Shown piece by piece: positions 9,719 to 19,570 of a stretch of DNA of 64,000 nt. Under the pieces are notes generated by a model, which saw nothing but the letters and a program-made list of their open reading frames with translations, was not told where the DNA came from and searched no databases. The stretch lies in assembly GCA_963771885.1 (NCBI GenBank), contig CAVYVF010000022.1:224001-288000 (forward strand). Reading direction: 5' to 3'. Position 1 is the first letter of the stretch, and each line of letters starts with the position of its first letter. The position numbers and the translations under genes were made by a program. This DNA is from Candidatus Bathyarchaeota archaeon. Lineage in GTDB: Archaea; Thermoproteota; Bathyarchaeia; TCS64.

Positions 9719-10895
9719 TTGATGATCTCGGTCAAAGAGGGCATATACTGGGTCGGTGCCGTGGACTGGAGTATAAGGAACTTCCACGGCTACATCACAC
9801 ACAGGGGGAGCAGTTACAACTCGTACCTCGTCGTCGACGAGAAGGTGGCGCTAATTGACTTCGTCAAAGCGCCGTTCGCCGAGGAGCAAGTCACCCACAT
9901 TAGTGAAGTCATTGACCCCAAGAAGGTCGACTACATCGTCGCCAACCACGCGGAGCCTGACCACTCGGGCAGCATAAGGCGCGTCATCGAGGCATGTCCA
10001 AACGCCGAGGTCATAGCAACCGAGCGTTGCATCAACACCCTACGGAAGTACTATGGCGACGACCTCAAGATCACCCCGATTGAGAAAAAGCCAACGCTAA
10101 AGCTGGGGAAGAGGAGCCTCACATTCGTCCCAGTCCCCATGGCGCACTGGCCCGACTCGATGGTCAGTTACATGCCCGAGGAGAAGCTGCTCTTTAGTAA
10201 CGACGCCTTCGGCCAGCATCTCGCCTCCAGTGGGCGCTTCGACGATGAGGTAGACGAGGGAGAGCTAATTCAGGAGGCATCTACCTACTACGCGAACATA
10301 CTGATGCCCCTTTGGAGGAGCGTCTCGCGGGCTTTAAAGGCGCTCGAAGGTGTACAGGTCGAGATGATAGCGCCGAGTCACGGCATAATCTGGCGGAAGA
10401 ATCCAGGGAGGATACTCGGGCTTTACCAGAGGTGGATCGCTGGCGAGACAAAGAAAAGGGCGGTAATCGTCTATGATACGATGTGGGGGAGCTACGCAGG
10501 TTCTCGCACGCGCCATCGCAGACGGGATTGCCTCTAAGGGTGTGGAGGTGAGGCTCCACAGCCTCCAGTCGAGCCCGAACAGCGACGTAATTGCCGATCT
10601 CCTAGAGGCGAAAGCGATCGTCGTCGGCTCCCCGACGCTTAATAACCAAATCTTCCCGACGGTCGCCGGCTTCCTCGCCTACATGAGGGGATTGAAGCCG
10701 ATGAACAAGATCGGTGGCGCCTTCGGCAGCTACGGCTGGGCGGGCGGGGCGAAGAAGATAGTCGAGGCGGAGATGCAGGCTGCGGGGATACAACTCGTCG
10801 AGAGCGACATCGACTTTGTCTTCAAGCCGAATGGCGACGAGGCGAAGCGTGCCTACGAGTGGGGCACCGCGCTGGGCGAGAAGATAGTTGCCTAA
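9719..10895 (+). CDS. fprA: FprA-type flavodiiron protein; +1 frameshift in G run 10485-10489
   Basis: HAEPDH, HWPD, NDAFG, PSHG, then flavodoxin domain (GSPT, FGSYGW) in another frame. Confidence 0.9.
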
Positions 10896-11009
10896 ACTAT
10901 GAAATACGTGTTCCTTTTGCTTAGATCCGGACCCTTTTTTAGGCTTAGGTAATGAAATTGGGCATGCAATAACTGTTGGATTGTATACCACATTTCTATT
11001 ACCGATTAT

Positions 11010-11600
11010 TTAGATGAGGATGGTGTGCATATAGTAGCTCATCTGGAACCAGGTGAGTACACTGCTGAGCACGGCACCGACAGCTACTTGCATAACCGTG
11101 TGTGCCTTCAACTCGACCCTCGCCCAGGCGACGGGTATGACGACGAGAAGGAGAGGCAGCATTACGCCTCCGAGGAGGAAAATGAGAGCCGTCACGGGAC
11201 CCGTAACGCCGCTCGCGTGTATACTAATCTTCCACTTAAGTGTGATGACTATAAGGACGAGCCCGTTGACGAAGTAGCAAGCCATCAGCGCTGTCACAGC
11301 CGCTGGTGCCGAGACAAGTATCAGGCTTAAGCACCCGAGGAGGTAGAAGAAGGTCGTCCAGAGGAAGGGTAGGAAGCGCGTCGCCCTGTCTCGGGCGTAA
11401 AAGTCCTTTATCAAGTCGAGCTTGAGTAGCCCGATGACCATCGCGAGGGGTAGGACGCAGCCGAAGAGGCTGGTTATCGCGATGAGGAGCCCCGCCGAAT
11501 CTGCGCCGTAGAATAGTATAAGGGGAATGAACGTTACTACGGTTATCAGGGGGGCGTTGAGCGCAGCGGATAGACGTGATGCGAGCTTCGTCTTGTCCAA
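11010..11600 (-). CDS. PAP2-like integral membrane protein
   Basis: Multiple TM segments; KISIH and WARVELKAHT motifs. Confidence 0.7.
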   Translation of the reverse strand: MDKTKLASRLSAALNAPLITVVTFIPLILFYGADSAGLLIAITSLFGCVLPLAMVIGLLKLDLIKDFYARDRATRFLPFLWTTFFYLLGCLSLILVSAPAAVTALMACYFVNGLVLIVITLKWKISIHASGVTGPVTALIFLLGGVMLPLLLVVIPVAWARVELKAHTVMQVAVGAVLSSVLTWFQMSYYMHTILI

Positions 11601-11641
11601 GAACTGTTCGCCTTGTGGAGATGCTGTTGTATTCCCCGCGG

Positions 11642-11782
11642 CTACGCCTTTTTAACAGTTTTCTTTTGTAGTCGCTCGCAGCAGCAGATGAGGGTCTTCT
11701 CATCGCCCTTGCCAACCATTAGGTCACAGCTCTCCCCCTTCTGGTACCCGCACATAGGGCACTTCTCTACCTTCTCATTCAC
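11642..11782 (-). CDS. Cys-rich microprotein (46 aa, CPxCG)
   Basis: GTG overlaps iscU stop (GTGA); MNEKVEKCPMCGYQKGESCDLMVGKGDEKTLICCCERLQKKTVKKA*. Confidence 0.65.
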   Translation of the reverse strand: MNEKVEKCPMCGYQKGESCDLMVGKGDEKTLICCCERLQKKTVKKA

Positions 11783-12159
11783 TTCCTCTTCTCCTCCTTC
11801 TTTTTCCGGTAGTCCTTGATAGCCTCCTGTAGGGCGTCCGAGGCGAGGTTGCTGCAGTGCATTTTAACTGGTGGTAGCCCGTCGAGTGCGTCGGCGACAC
11901 TCTGACGGGTGATCTTCTCCGCCTCATCGACTGTCTTGCCGAGCGCTAGCTCGGTGGTCATGCTGCTCGTCGCGATGGCGGCGCCGCAGCCGTAGGTCTT
12001 GAACTTGATGTCGGCGATCTTGTCGCCTTTGACCTTGATATACATGGTCATCATATCGCCGCAGACGGGGTTGCCGACGGTGCCGACGCCGTCTGCGTCC
12101 TTGATCTCGCCGACGTTGCGGGGGTTCTTGAAGTGGTCCATGACCTTGTCGCTGTACAC
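11779..12159 (-). CDS. iscU: Fe-S scaffold IscU/NifU
   Basis: NPRN, CGD, GCG, LPPVKMHC. Confidence 0.95.
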   Translation of the reverse strand: MYSDKVMDHFKNPRNVGEIKDADGVGTVGNPVCGDMMTMYIKVKGDKIADIKFKTYGCGAAIATSSMTTELALGKTVDEAEKITRQSVADALDGLPPVKMHCSNLASDALQEAIKDYRKKKEEKRK

Positions 12160-12160
12160 T

Positions 12161-13360
12161 CTACTTCAGCTCCTCTGGGGTTATGCTCGACATCGCCCTC
12201 AGCCGCTTGACGATGGCTGGGAGTTTCTCGATAACGTAGTCAATCTGCTCCTTATTATTGGCTTTGCCGAGAGTGAAGACGAGGCTCCCGTGGGCGTCCT
12301 CCGGCTTGAGGCCTGTCGCTAGTAGGCAGGCGCTGGGCTCCAGGGTCTTTGCGGCGCAAGCTGAGCCGGTGTTGACCTGGACGCCTACATCGTCGAGGCT
12401 TAGGATGAGTGCCTCGCCTTCGATGTAGCTGAAGCGGATGTTGGCGTTGTTGGGGGCTCTATTGGTGGGGTGTCCGTTGAGGTAGGACTCGGGTATGGTG
12501 GAGGTTACGCCTTTGATTAGGTAGTCCCGTAGCTCGGTGAGGCGCTTTGCCTCCGTCGGGTAGCTCCTGCTTGGCGAGTCTCTGCGGCCTTGCCGAATCC
12601 GACGATGCCTGGGGTGTTCTCGGTACCGCTGCGCAGCCCTTGCTCCTGACCGCCGCCGATGATGACTGGGCGGATGCGCATGCTCTTCTTCATGTAGAGT
12701 GCGCCGACGCCCTTGGGTCCGCTGATATCGTTGCTGCTCAGAGTCATCATGTCGATGTCCATGGCTTTTAACATCGAGCGGTATCTTGCCGAGTGCTGCC
12801 GTAGCGTCTGTGTGGAAGAAAGCGCCCTTCTCGTGGGCGATCTTGGCGGCTTCCTCGATGGGCTCAATGGTGCCTATCTCGCCGTTCACCGCCATCACGG
12901 AGACGATGACGGTCTTGTCGTTTACGAGTTCCTCGAGCTTGTCGAGGAGAACGACGCCGTACTTGTCCACGGGCGCCTGCAGGTATTCCCAGCCGCTGCG
13001 GGTGAGCTCCTTGCAGATGTTGACGGTGCTTATGTGCTCGACGGCGCTCGAGACGACGCGGTTGCCCTTGTTCTTGTAGCGGTTGGCGCCGCCGATGATG
13101 GCGAGGTTTGTCGCCTCAGTGGCGGAGGCTGTGAAGAATATCTCGGCGGGTTCCGCGTTTATGAGGTCGGCTATCTGTTGACGCGCCTTGTTTATTGCGC
13201 TTAGCGCCTTGAAGCCCTCACTGTGGAAGCTGCTCGGGTTTCCGACGTGTTCCGTGAAGTAGGGGAGCATCTCCTCGAGCACGCGCGGGTCGACGGGGGC
13301 TCCTGAGCCGTTGTCGAGGTATGCCTTCAAGTCTCTCGCCTTACGGGTGGATTGGGGCAT
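12161..13360 (-). CDS. iscS: IscS/NifS-family protein with Asp at the PLP lysine; three +1 indels (about 12767, 12579, 12559) that sum to in-frame
   Basis: [36 protein letters not shown]; middle segment in shifted frames. Confidence 0.9.
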   Translation of the reverse strand: MPQSTRKARDLKAYLDNGSGAPVDPRVLEEMLPYFTEHVGNPSSFHSEGFKALSAINKARQQIADLINAEPAEIFFTASATEATNLAIIGGANRYKNKGNRVVSSAVEHISTVNICKELTRSGWEYLQAPVDKYGVVLLDKLEELVNDKTVIVSVMAVNGEIGTIEPIEEAAKIAHEKGAFFHTDATAALGKIPLDVKSHGHRHDDSEQQRYQRTQGRRRTLHEEEHAHPPSHHRRRSGARAAQRYREHPRHRRIRQGRRDSPSRSYPTEAKRLTELRDYLIKGVTSTIPESYLNGHPTNRAPNNANIRFSYIEGEALILSLDDVGVQVNTGSACAAKTLEPSACLLATGLKPEDAHGSLVFTLGKANNKEQIDYVIEKLPAIVKRLRAMSSITPEELK

Positions 13361-13433
13361 TTGGGGGATTAAAACCTTCAGCGCGGTAAGGCTTATGGCG
13401 TGCTTTAACTGCTCATAATGAGAAAAAATATTT

Positions 13434-13654
13434 CTATGATTGCTTGGCCTGGTCGGGCTTCTTGGCTAGGATTGCTTTCACCCTGCCAACCTTCCCGTCG
13501 GCTAAGCGGACCTTTATGCCGTGGGGGTGGAACTGGCTCCCCGTCAGAAGCTCCTTGACGACACCTCGGGTCAGCTTACCTGTCCCTGGTCCTGTTTGAG
13601 AACGATATCGACGGTGTCCCCGGGGTGTATTTCGCTCCTCTTCGTGCCGGCCAT
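13434..13654 (-). CDS. YwbE-family small protein; -1 frameshift near 13585
   Basis: MAGTKRSEIHPGDTVDIVLKQDQ + TGKLTRGVVKELLT...HPHGIKVRL.DGKVGRV. Confidence 0.8.
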
Positions 13655-14151
13655 CCCGTTTTTGGAGTGCCCGCTGGTTTAAATCTGGATCGCTAGAGAG
13701 CTGAAGATCGCTACTACGCATCCTGAGTATGCGAGGCGAGCTGGCGAATAGCTGTTCCTTCACGGGAGGTAGACGGGTGGTCTTGAATCAGGACGTAGGC
13801 CAGCGATTCCGCGAGCAGCCATCAGGTACATGACCTGACTTTACCGATCGACTTTTCCATCGGGGCTCGTCGGCATTTTTCAAGTAGGGGAACCAAGCAT
13901 CGGCTCATTGATGGCAGGTTAGACTCGCAAGTTTCCGTGTCGTCGCAAATAATCATCACTGAAGGTCGCATCTTCAACATGAGCATATCGTGCTGGGCTA
14001 CTTATCTATGAATTCGCCGTGATATTGACATCTAGGGGCCTCCGCATTCGACGTGGACTATCGGATGGACTCGTGCCTATGAAGGACTAATGGTCGGACT
14101 TATTTCATTGGAATCATGATGCTAGGTTTGAATGGGTTTATGCAGTAAAGA

Positions 14152-14262
14152 TGGCGGGCCCGGAGGGATTCGAACCCTCGATCTCCGGCTTAGAAGGCTT
14201 GCGCGTCGGCGTCGGGTTGCGGCGACCGACTAGGCGCCTTATCCTGGCTTGGCCACGGGCCC
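14152..14262 (-). tRNA. tRNA-Arg(TCT) with 33-nt intron at non-canonical position 29/30 (14199-14231), encoded CCA
   Basis: Acceptor GGGCCCG/CGGGCCC, T arm GAGGG-TTCGAAT-CCCTC, loop CTTCTAA, BHB with GCGC/GCGC helix. Confidence 0.85.
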
Positions 14263-14385
14263 CTACCGACACAGGAGGCGCAGCCTCTTTTTAAGAATTG
14301 ATACTAACCTCACGCAAGTGAGGAGTATAATTGCATCACTTGGACATATTTGATCCAGTAATTCGATGCGCGAAAGAATAATTGA

Positions 14386-14896
14386 TTACCACTCATTGAT
14401 GTGGATCTTCTTCTCGTCGTACCTGTTGCCCGGAGGCTTCTCCTCAGAAGGCCGCCCGACTGAGATGATGCAGAAAGGCACCTTCCTCTCAGGTATCTTG
14501 AGAAGTTCGCGGAGCCCCTTGACGAGTGCCTCATTCGGGTATACGCCTAACCAGACGGCGCCGAGGCCCGTCGCCTTCGCGGCGAGGAGTATGTTCTCCG
14601 TCGACGCCGCACAGTCCTGCACCCAAAAGCCAGTGCCTGCCTCGAGGTCGAGGTCGCCACATACCACGATGGCGAGGGCGGCCTGTTCAAGCATTTTCGA
14701 GTAGTTGTGGAACTTGGGTATCGCCGAGAGCTTGGCCCTATCCTTGACGACGACGTAGTGCCAGGGCTGTCTGTTGTGAGCGGACGGCGCCGCCATCCCG
14801 GCCTCGAGCAGGCACTTGACCTCCGCAGTCGGTCACGGGCTCGCCCGTGTACTTCCTTATGCTTCTCCTCCCGAGTATAGATTCCATAGCTTCCAT
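14386..14896 (-). CDS. Nitroreductase family protein; +1 frameshift near 14827
   Basis: ILGRRSIRKY N-terminus in one frame; AAPSAHNRQPW, QDC, GLGAVW in another. Confidence 0.87.
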
Positions 14897-14898
14897 GT

Positions 14899-15405
14899 TT
14901 ACCATTTCTCCATATGGACGGACTCCGTGAGCGGCTTCGCCTTGCGTGGTCCCGGCTTCTCGTCGGGGAGGCCGAAGGTGACTATGCAGACGACGGTCGC
15001 CTCGGAGGGGATGCCGAATTCCTTCTTTACCTCGTTTTCCTTGAAGTCACCGATCCAGCAGCTGCCGACGCCCTGAACCTCGGCGGCAAGCACCATGTTC
15101 TGCAGTGCTATCGTCGTGTCTATGACGCCGAACTTTCTGCTGGTGTCATCGAATGGTAGGGCGACACCTATGACGGCGAAGGCGGCGTCCTTGACGAAGC
15201 CGGACCACCTGCCCTTGGAAAGCTTCTCTTTGGCGGCAGTATTCTCGCAGACTACGAAGTGCCACGGCTGCCGGTTGGCGGCGCTCGGGGCGAGGCGTCC
15301 AGCCTCGAGTATCTTCGCCTTCACCTCAGTGGGGACGGGCTCCTTCTTGTACCGCCGAATGCTACGGCGGCCCAATATCTTGTCGATGCAGCTCAGAAGT
15401 CTCAC
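14899..15405 (-). CDS. Nitroreductase family protein (tandem paralog)
   Basis: RRSIRRY, APSAANRQPW, GVGSCWIG. Confidence 0.9.
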   Translation of the reverse strand: MRLLSCIDKILGRRSIRRYKKEPVPTEVKAKILEAGRLAPSAANRQPWHFVVCENTAAKEKLSKGRWSGFVKDAAFAVIGVALPFDDTSRKFGVIDTTIALQNMVLAAEVQGVGSCWIGDFKENEVKKEFGIPSEATVVCIVTFGLPDEKPGPRKAKPLTESVHMEKW

Positions 15406-15474
15406 CGGGGTATCGTGGTTTCATGGGTTTTTAGGGTGATCGCCCTTTTACCGGGGCAGCGCATAGCTTATGCC

Positions 15475-15849
15475 ATGGAGATCAGGGTGGAGAGGGGGCT
15501 CCTCGAGGAGATGCTCGCCTTCGCCAAGGACTGTCACCCGCAAGAGGCTATACTCCTGCTCAGGGGCGAGGCGAAGAAGGAGGCAATCACCCTCAGCGAC
15601 TACCTCTTTCCACCCTATGCAAGGACGGACAGCGTCTCCGCCAGCTACCCCATCTACATGCTCCCCATCGACTTCTCGATTATGGGCACGCTCCACAGTC
15701 ACCCATCCGGCTCGGTTGAAGCCTCGGCGGTGGATATGTCGAACATGTATGGGAGGTTCAGCATGATTACGGCGCACCCCTATGGGTTAGGCGACGTGGC
15801 GGCCTACAACAAGCAGGGCGAGCGAATCATGATACGCGTGACCGACTAG
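15475..15849 (+). CDS. JAMM/MPN+ metalloprotease
   Basis: HPQE...HSHPSG...S..D JAMM motif. Confidence 0.88.
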   Translation: MEIRVERGLLEEMLAFAKDCHPQEAILLLRGEAKKEAITLSDYLFPPYARTDSVSASYPIYMLPIDFSIMGTLHSHPSGSVEASAVDMSNMYGRFSMITAHPYGLGDVAAYNKQGERIMIRVTD

Positions 15850-16046
15850 CCGCCGCTGACGATGGGGAATAAGGCGACGCGGTCCCCCGCCTTTAGCGGC
15901 TTCGACGGCCACCCACCCTCACCATTCACAAGGACGACGATCACACGCTGTTCATAGGCGTACCGTATCTCCGGTCCCAGGCCTTCGATTAACTCGCGCA
16001 GCGTCGCGGGCTTCTCCACGGTTATGGTCTGGGGGCTGGGGAACAT
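15846..16046 (-). CDS. MoaD/ThiS/SAMP ubiquitin-like protein
   Basis: VLVNG...LKAGDRVALFPIVSGG with C-terminal GG. Confidence 0.85.
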   Translation of the reverse strand: MFPSPQTITVEKPATLRELIEGLGPEIRYAYEQRVIVVLVNGEGGWPSKPLKAGDRVALFPIVSGG

Positions 16047-16073
16047 CCGAGAACCGCTCTGGAGGCGAGGCGC

Positions 16074-16472
16074 TTAATCCTTTCTGAGGCCGAGCTCCTT
16101 ACGCTTGCCCTGCAGCCTCTTGAACCAGACGTCGACGTTCTCGCGTGTGACGAAATTCTTGTGGTGTCGGAATCCGCCCTGGAAGCTATGGGGCACGTGC
16201 ATTAGTTCGTGGACGAGCACCTTGTCCTGCCCGTCTCGGCTCAGGGGGTCAAACTGCTCCGATATGACCTCGATTATATAGGTCGCCTCGGTGCCCATGG
16301 CGAGCTGCCATATTCTACCGAGGCCGTGGATTCGGGCTATGGTGCGCCGGGACTCGCTCCCCCTGCTCCTGATGCAATAAATGCAGCTGGGTTTACAGTG
16401 TTCGAACATCAGAAGCTCGATGATCTCGTCTACCCTCTTCTTGATGTCCGGTGCGGGGTAGTACGTGATCAA
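16074..16472 (-). CDS. Putative HEXXH metallopeptidase
   Basis: IARIHG, VLVHELMHVP..F.GG.R.H. Confidence 0.8.
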   Translation of the reverse strand: MITYYPAPDIKKRVDEIIELLMFEHCKPSCIYCIRSRGSESRRTIARIHGLGRIWQLAMGTEATYIIEVISEQFDPLSRDGQDKVLVHELMHVPHSFQGGFRHHKNFVTRENVDVWFKRLQGKRKELGLRKD

Positions 16473-17101
16473 ACTGTAGCCGCTTTCTGCTTCGTCTCGT
16501 GGCTATTCAACATTTCCGGGAGGCGTTGGACGCCTTGGATGACGGGCGGGGCGACTACTGCGAAGATGACCGTATTGGTCACCGTGTGGATGATCGGCGG
16601 CCACGCGTAGTAGAGTGGGACGAAGGTTAGGTAGAGCGACTCGACGAGTGGGAAACCATAGGCGACGGCGAATCCCGCGCTCGAGGCGAGGTCGTAGAAG
16701 AGGGTGAGTGCGAAGCCCATTGCGGCGAGGGAGAGACTGAACCTGCCCCAACCGGCGGGCTTGAGTACGCGAGATGCGAACGCACCCGCCGCACCGAACA
16801 CGCCACCGATAGCCGACATGACGACAAGCAGCAACGGCGAAGTTGTGTAGAGCCACGCCGCTGGGTGTGCAAGTGGGTAGGGTACGAGCATGTAGATGGT
16901 GAGGCTGATTACGCCCACGCTGACGCCGACACCCGCACCGAAGCAGAAGCCAGCGATGAAGATGAGAACGGTCATGAACTCGAAGACCCCGGGTAGACTG
17001 GATGCGGCGAGTCCCCTGCTGTAGGCGACGACTATAGCGAGAGCAGATATAATAGCTATGAGGGCGATCTGCTTTGTATTCACAATGGCTGGATTATCCA
17101 T
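16469..17101 (-). CDS. ECF transporter S-component-like membrane protein
   Basis: TKQIALIAIISAL start; about 6 TM segments. Confidence 0.7.
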   Translation of the reverse strand: MDNPAIVNTKQIALIAIISALAIVVAYSRGLAASSLPGVFEFMTVLIFIAGFCFGAGVGVSVGVISLTIYMLVPYPLAHPAAWLYTTSPLLLVVMSAIGGVFGAAGAFASRVLKPAGWGRFSLSLAAMGFALTLFYDLASSAGFAVAYGFPLVESLYLTFVPLYYAWPPIIHTVTNTVIFAVVAPPVIQGVQRLPEMLNSHETKQKAATV

Positions 17102-17158
17102 CCAGTCTTATATGGTTTACCCAAGAGCTTAAGCCCGGAGAACCCAGAAAAGAGACAG

Positions 17159-17761
17159 ATGAGCTTCAAGAACCTCCTGCAACGCGTCGCGGAGAAGACG
17201 AGTCCAGGAAGGACACCCGGGTACGGCGAGGCACAGGCACTCAGGGCACTCGAAATAGCGGCGGAGAAACCGATGGGTAGAGCCGCGCTGGGTAACCGAC
17301 TCGGCGTCGGGGAGGGTGTCGTGAGGACGCTATTGAGGCGCCTCGCCTCAGAGAGGCTCGTCGAGGTATCGACTAAGGGCATCACAGCGTCGGAGAACGG
17401 ACGGAGGATCCTCGATGATGTACATTCCATCATAGTTCGAGGCGCAATCGCGCCTGCAACCGAGGATACCGTAGGAGGACACAACTACGCCCTTCTCGTC
17501 AGAGGCGCGGCACATAAAGTCAGGAAGGGATTGGAACAGAGGGACGCCGCGCTCCTCGCAGGCGCCAGAGGGGCGACCACAATAACGATCAACGGAGGTG
17601 CTGTCCTCATCCCCGGGATGGACAGGAAACCAGCTAAGCCGCTGCTGAATCTCATCGAGGCTCTAGGCGCCGACGAGGGCGACGCCGTCGTAATAGGTAC
17701 CGGCGACACGGAGATAGATGCAGAGACCGGAGCCTACTCCGCAGCCCTTATGCTCGCCTAG
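17159..17761 (+). CDS. Winged-HTH protein (CggR-like N-terminus)
   Basis: MGRAALGNRLGVGEGVVRTLL; GLEQRDAA..AGARGATT. Confidence 0.75.
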   Translation: MSFKNLLQRVAEKTSPGRTPGYGEAQALRALEIAAEKPMGRAALGNRLGVGEGVVRTLLRRLASERLVEVSTKGITASENGRRILDDVHSIIVRGAIAPATEDTVGGHNYALLVRGAAHKVRKGLEQRDAALLAGARGATTITINGGAVLIPGMDRKPAKPLLNLIEALGADEGDAVVIGTGDTEIDAETGAYSAALMLA

Positions 17762-19023
17762 TCCTCGACCTTATCAGAGTCCTTGATCTGGGTTATGAAG
17801 AGAATGCCGAGGACGACAACAGCGGCACTGAGCAGAATCCACGGCAGCGAGTTGTTGTACCGGTAGACATAGCCGCTAAGAAGGCTTCCAGCTGTCATGC
17901 TGAGCATTGCTATGACGCCGGTACCCCAGGCGCCTCCCATGAACCAGACGCCTCCGCCACCAACGGCAGCTATCATACGCCCCCTCTTCTCTCTGGGCAC
18001 CATGTCGGCGAACATCGCCTGGAAGCTGGGGTTGAGGAACGTGTTTGGGAGGGTGATGAGGACGCCGAGGGCGAGGACCTGCCAGAAACTCGTCGCGTAG
18101 AGGAAGAGGTAGATGGGTATGGCGCTGAGTATCAGGCAGACGCCAGCGATGAGGCGCTTGCTGTGCCTGTCGACGAAGCCGCCAGCGGGGAGGCTCAGCA
18201 GCACATTCACCGCGCCGTTCACGAGCAACAGTATGCCCCAGTCCGCCGTGGAGAGGCCGATCGTCTCCTTGGCCCTGATGATCCAGAACGGGGAGACGAG
18301 GCTCACGATGAAGGTGCATCCCGCTATGAGGAGGCTAAGCACGAGGAGGCGGCGCGGCGCCTCCCGGACGACGCGTATTATGTCGCCGTACGACTTCAGT
18401 ATTAGGCCGGGGACGGAGCCTACTGTGATCTTCATGCTCTTCCCAGGGTTTGTCTCTTTGAGGAACTTGAGGCGTAGCGTTGCGACGAGTATGGCGACGA
18501 AGAAGCCGGCGAGGTAGAGTCCCTTGACGGCGGTTTTTATTCCTAGGACCTCGATGAGCCAGCCGCCGAGTATAGGGGAGGCAAGGCCGAAAGCGCTCGG
18601 GATGGCCATTGTCGCCGCGAATCCTAGCCCCCTCTTTCCTGGTGGCAGCGAGTCAGCCATCAACGCCTGCATCGCCGGGATGTAAAACGTGATCAAGCTC
18701 TGAGCGAACATGCCTACACCCACCCAGACCCAACTGTCCGTGAAGACGAAGATGAGGAATGTGAGGCTGTAAACGTAGGTCATGTACGCCATGACCTTGA
18801 TTCTACCCTGGTAATCGGCGATGTAGCCACCGAGTGGGTATAAGATGAGTGAGGCGAGGTTTCCGATCGCCATCACTTGCCCGATGGTCTCGTACTCTCC
18901 GCCTAAAGCCATTATATAGAGGGCGAGGAAGGGCCAGATGATGTCGATGCTTATCCGCCAGAGGATGCTGCAGACCGTGAGGGTGAGGACGTTGCCCTTC
19001 ATGAAACTTAAGGAACCTGCCAA
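17758..19023 (-). CDS. MFS transporter
   Basis: GYIADYQGR motif A; about 12 TM segments. Confidence 0.9.
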   Translation of the reverse strand: MAGSLSFMKGNVLTLTVCSILWRISIDIIWPFLALYIMALGGEYETIGQVMAIGNLASLILYPLGGYIADYQGRIKVMAYMTYVYSLTFLIFVFTDSWVWVGVGMFAQSLITFYIPAMQALMADSLPPGKRGLGFAATMAIPSAFGLASPILGGWLIEVLGIKTAVKGLYLAGFFVAILVATLRLKFLKETNPGKSMKITVGSVPGLILKSYGDIIRVVREAPRRLLVLSLLIAGCTFIVSLVSPFWIIRAKETIGLSTADWGILLLVNGAVNVLLSLPAGGFVDRHSKRLIAGVCLILSAIPIYLFLYATSFWQVLALGVLITLPNTFLNPSFQAMFADMVPREKRGRMIAAVGGGGVWFMGGAWGTGVIAMLSMTAGSLLSGYVYRYNNSLPWILLSAAVVVLGILFITQIKDSDKVED

Positions 19024-19115
19024 CGTCCAACCACCTGGAACTAGCCAGCCAGATAGGCTCTCCGCGGTTTAAACGTGGCGGATAAGCTCAAATTGCGACG
19101 CGGTTCTCTTGATGC

Positions 19116-19565
19116 GTGCTCCACTTCGCTTACGGCTCCAATCTCTCCCCGAGCTTCCTCCGCCAGTACTGCCCAACGGCTGTCTTCCAAATGAGGGCCG
19201 AACTCCCCAACTACAGGATCGCCTTTCCCTTCTTCAGCCAGAAGCGGCAAGGCGGCATAAGCAGCATAGTCCACGCCCCCGGTGAACTGACACGGGGCGT
19301 CGTATACGAGATCAGCGAAAAGGAGATGGAGGAGTTCGACGTCGTCGAGAGCGTGCCACAGGGTCTCTACGTTAGGGAAACCTACCTTGTCCTCGGCGAG
19401 GATAGGCGCTGGCACTCAGCCGACCTCTACCGCTGCGCTAAGCCGACTGGGCCGTACGCCCCAGCTCGGAGTTATGTCGAGCTAATGCTCGATGGCGCCG
19501 AGAAACACCAGCTAGACCCCAAGTATGTGCAAGAGCTGCGTTGGCTCATAGCCTCTCTCAACTAG
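19116..19565 (+). CDS. Gamma-glutamylcyclotransferase family protein
   Basis: FAYGSNL, GVVYEI, D..E. Confidence 0.88.
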   Translation: MLHFAYGSNLSPSFLRQYCPTAVFQMRAELPNYRIAFPFFSQKRQGGISSIVHAPGELTRGVVYEISEKEMEEFDVVESVPQGLYVRETYLVLGEDRRWHSADLYRCAKPTGPYAPARSYVELMLDGAEKHQLDPKYVQELRWLIASLN

Positions 19566-19570
19566 GCGTG

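Noticed and set aside
10485..10490. Programmed frameshifting in fprA or the other split genes
   Set aside because: No slippery heptamer or stimulatory structure; indels are scattered across unrelated genes
13895..13962. Possible C/D box sRNA (minus-strand GTGATGA)
   Set aside because: No correctly spaced CUGA D box or C'/D' pair
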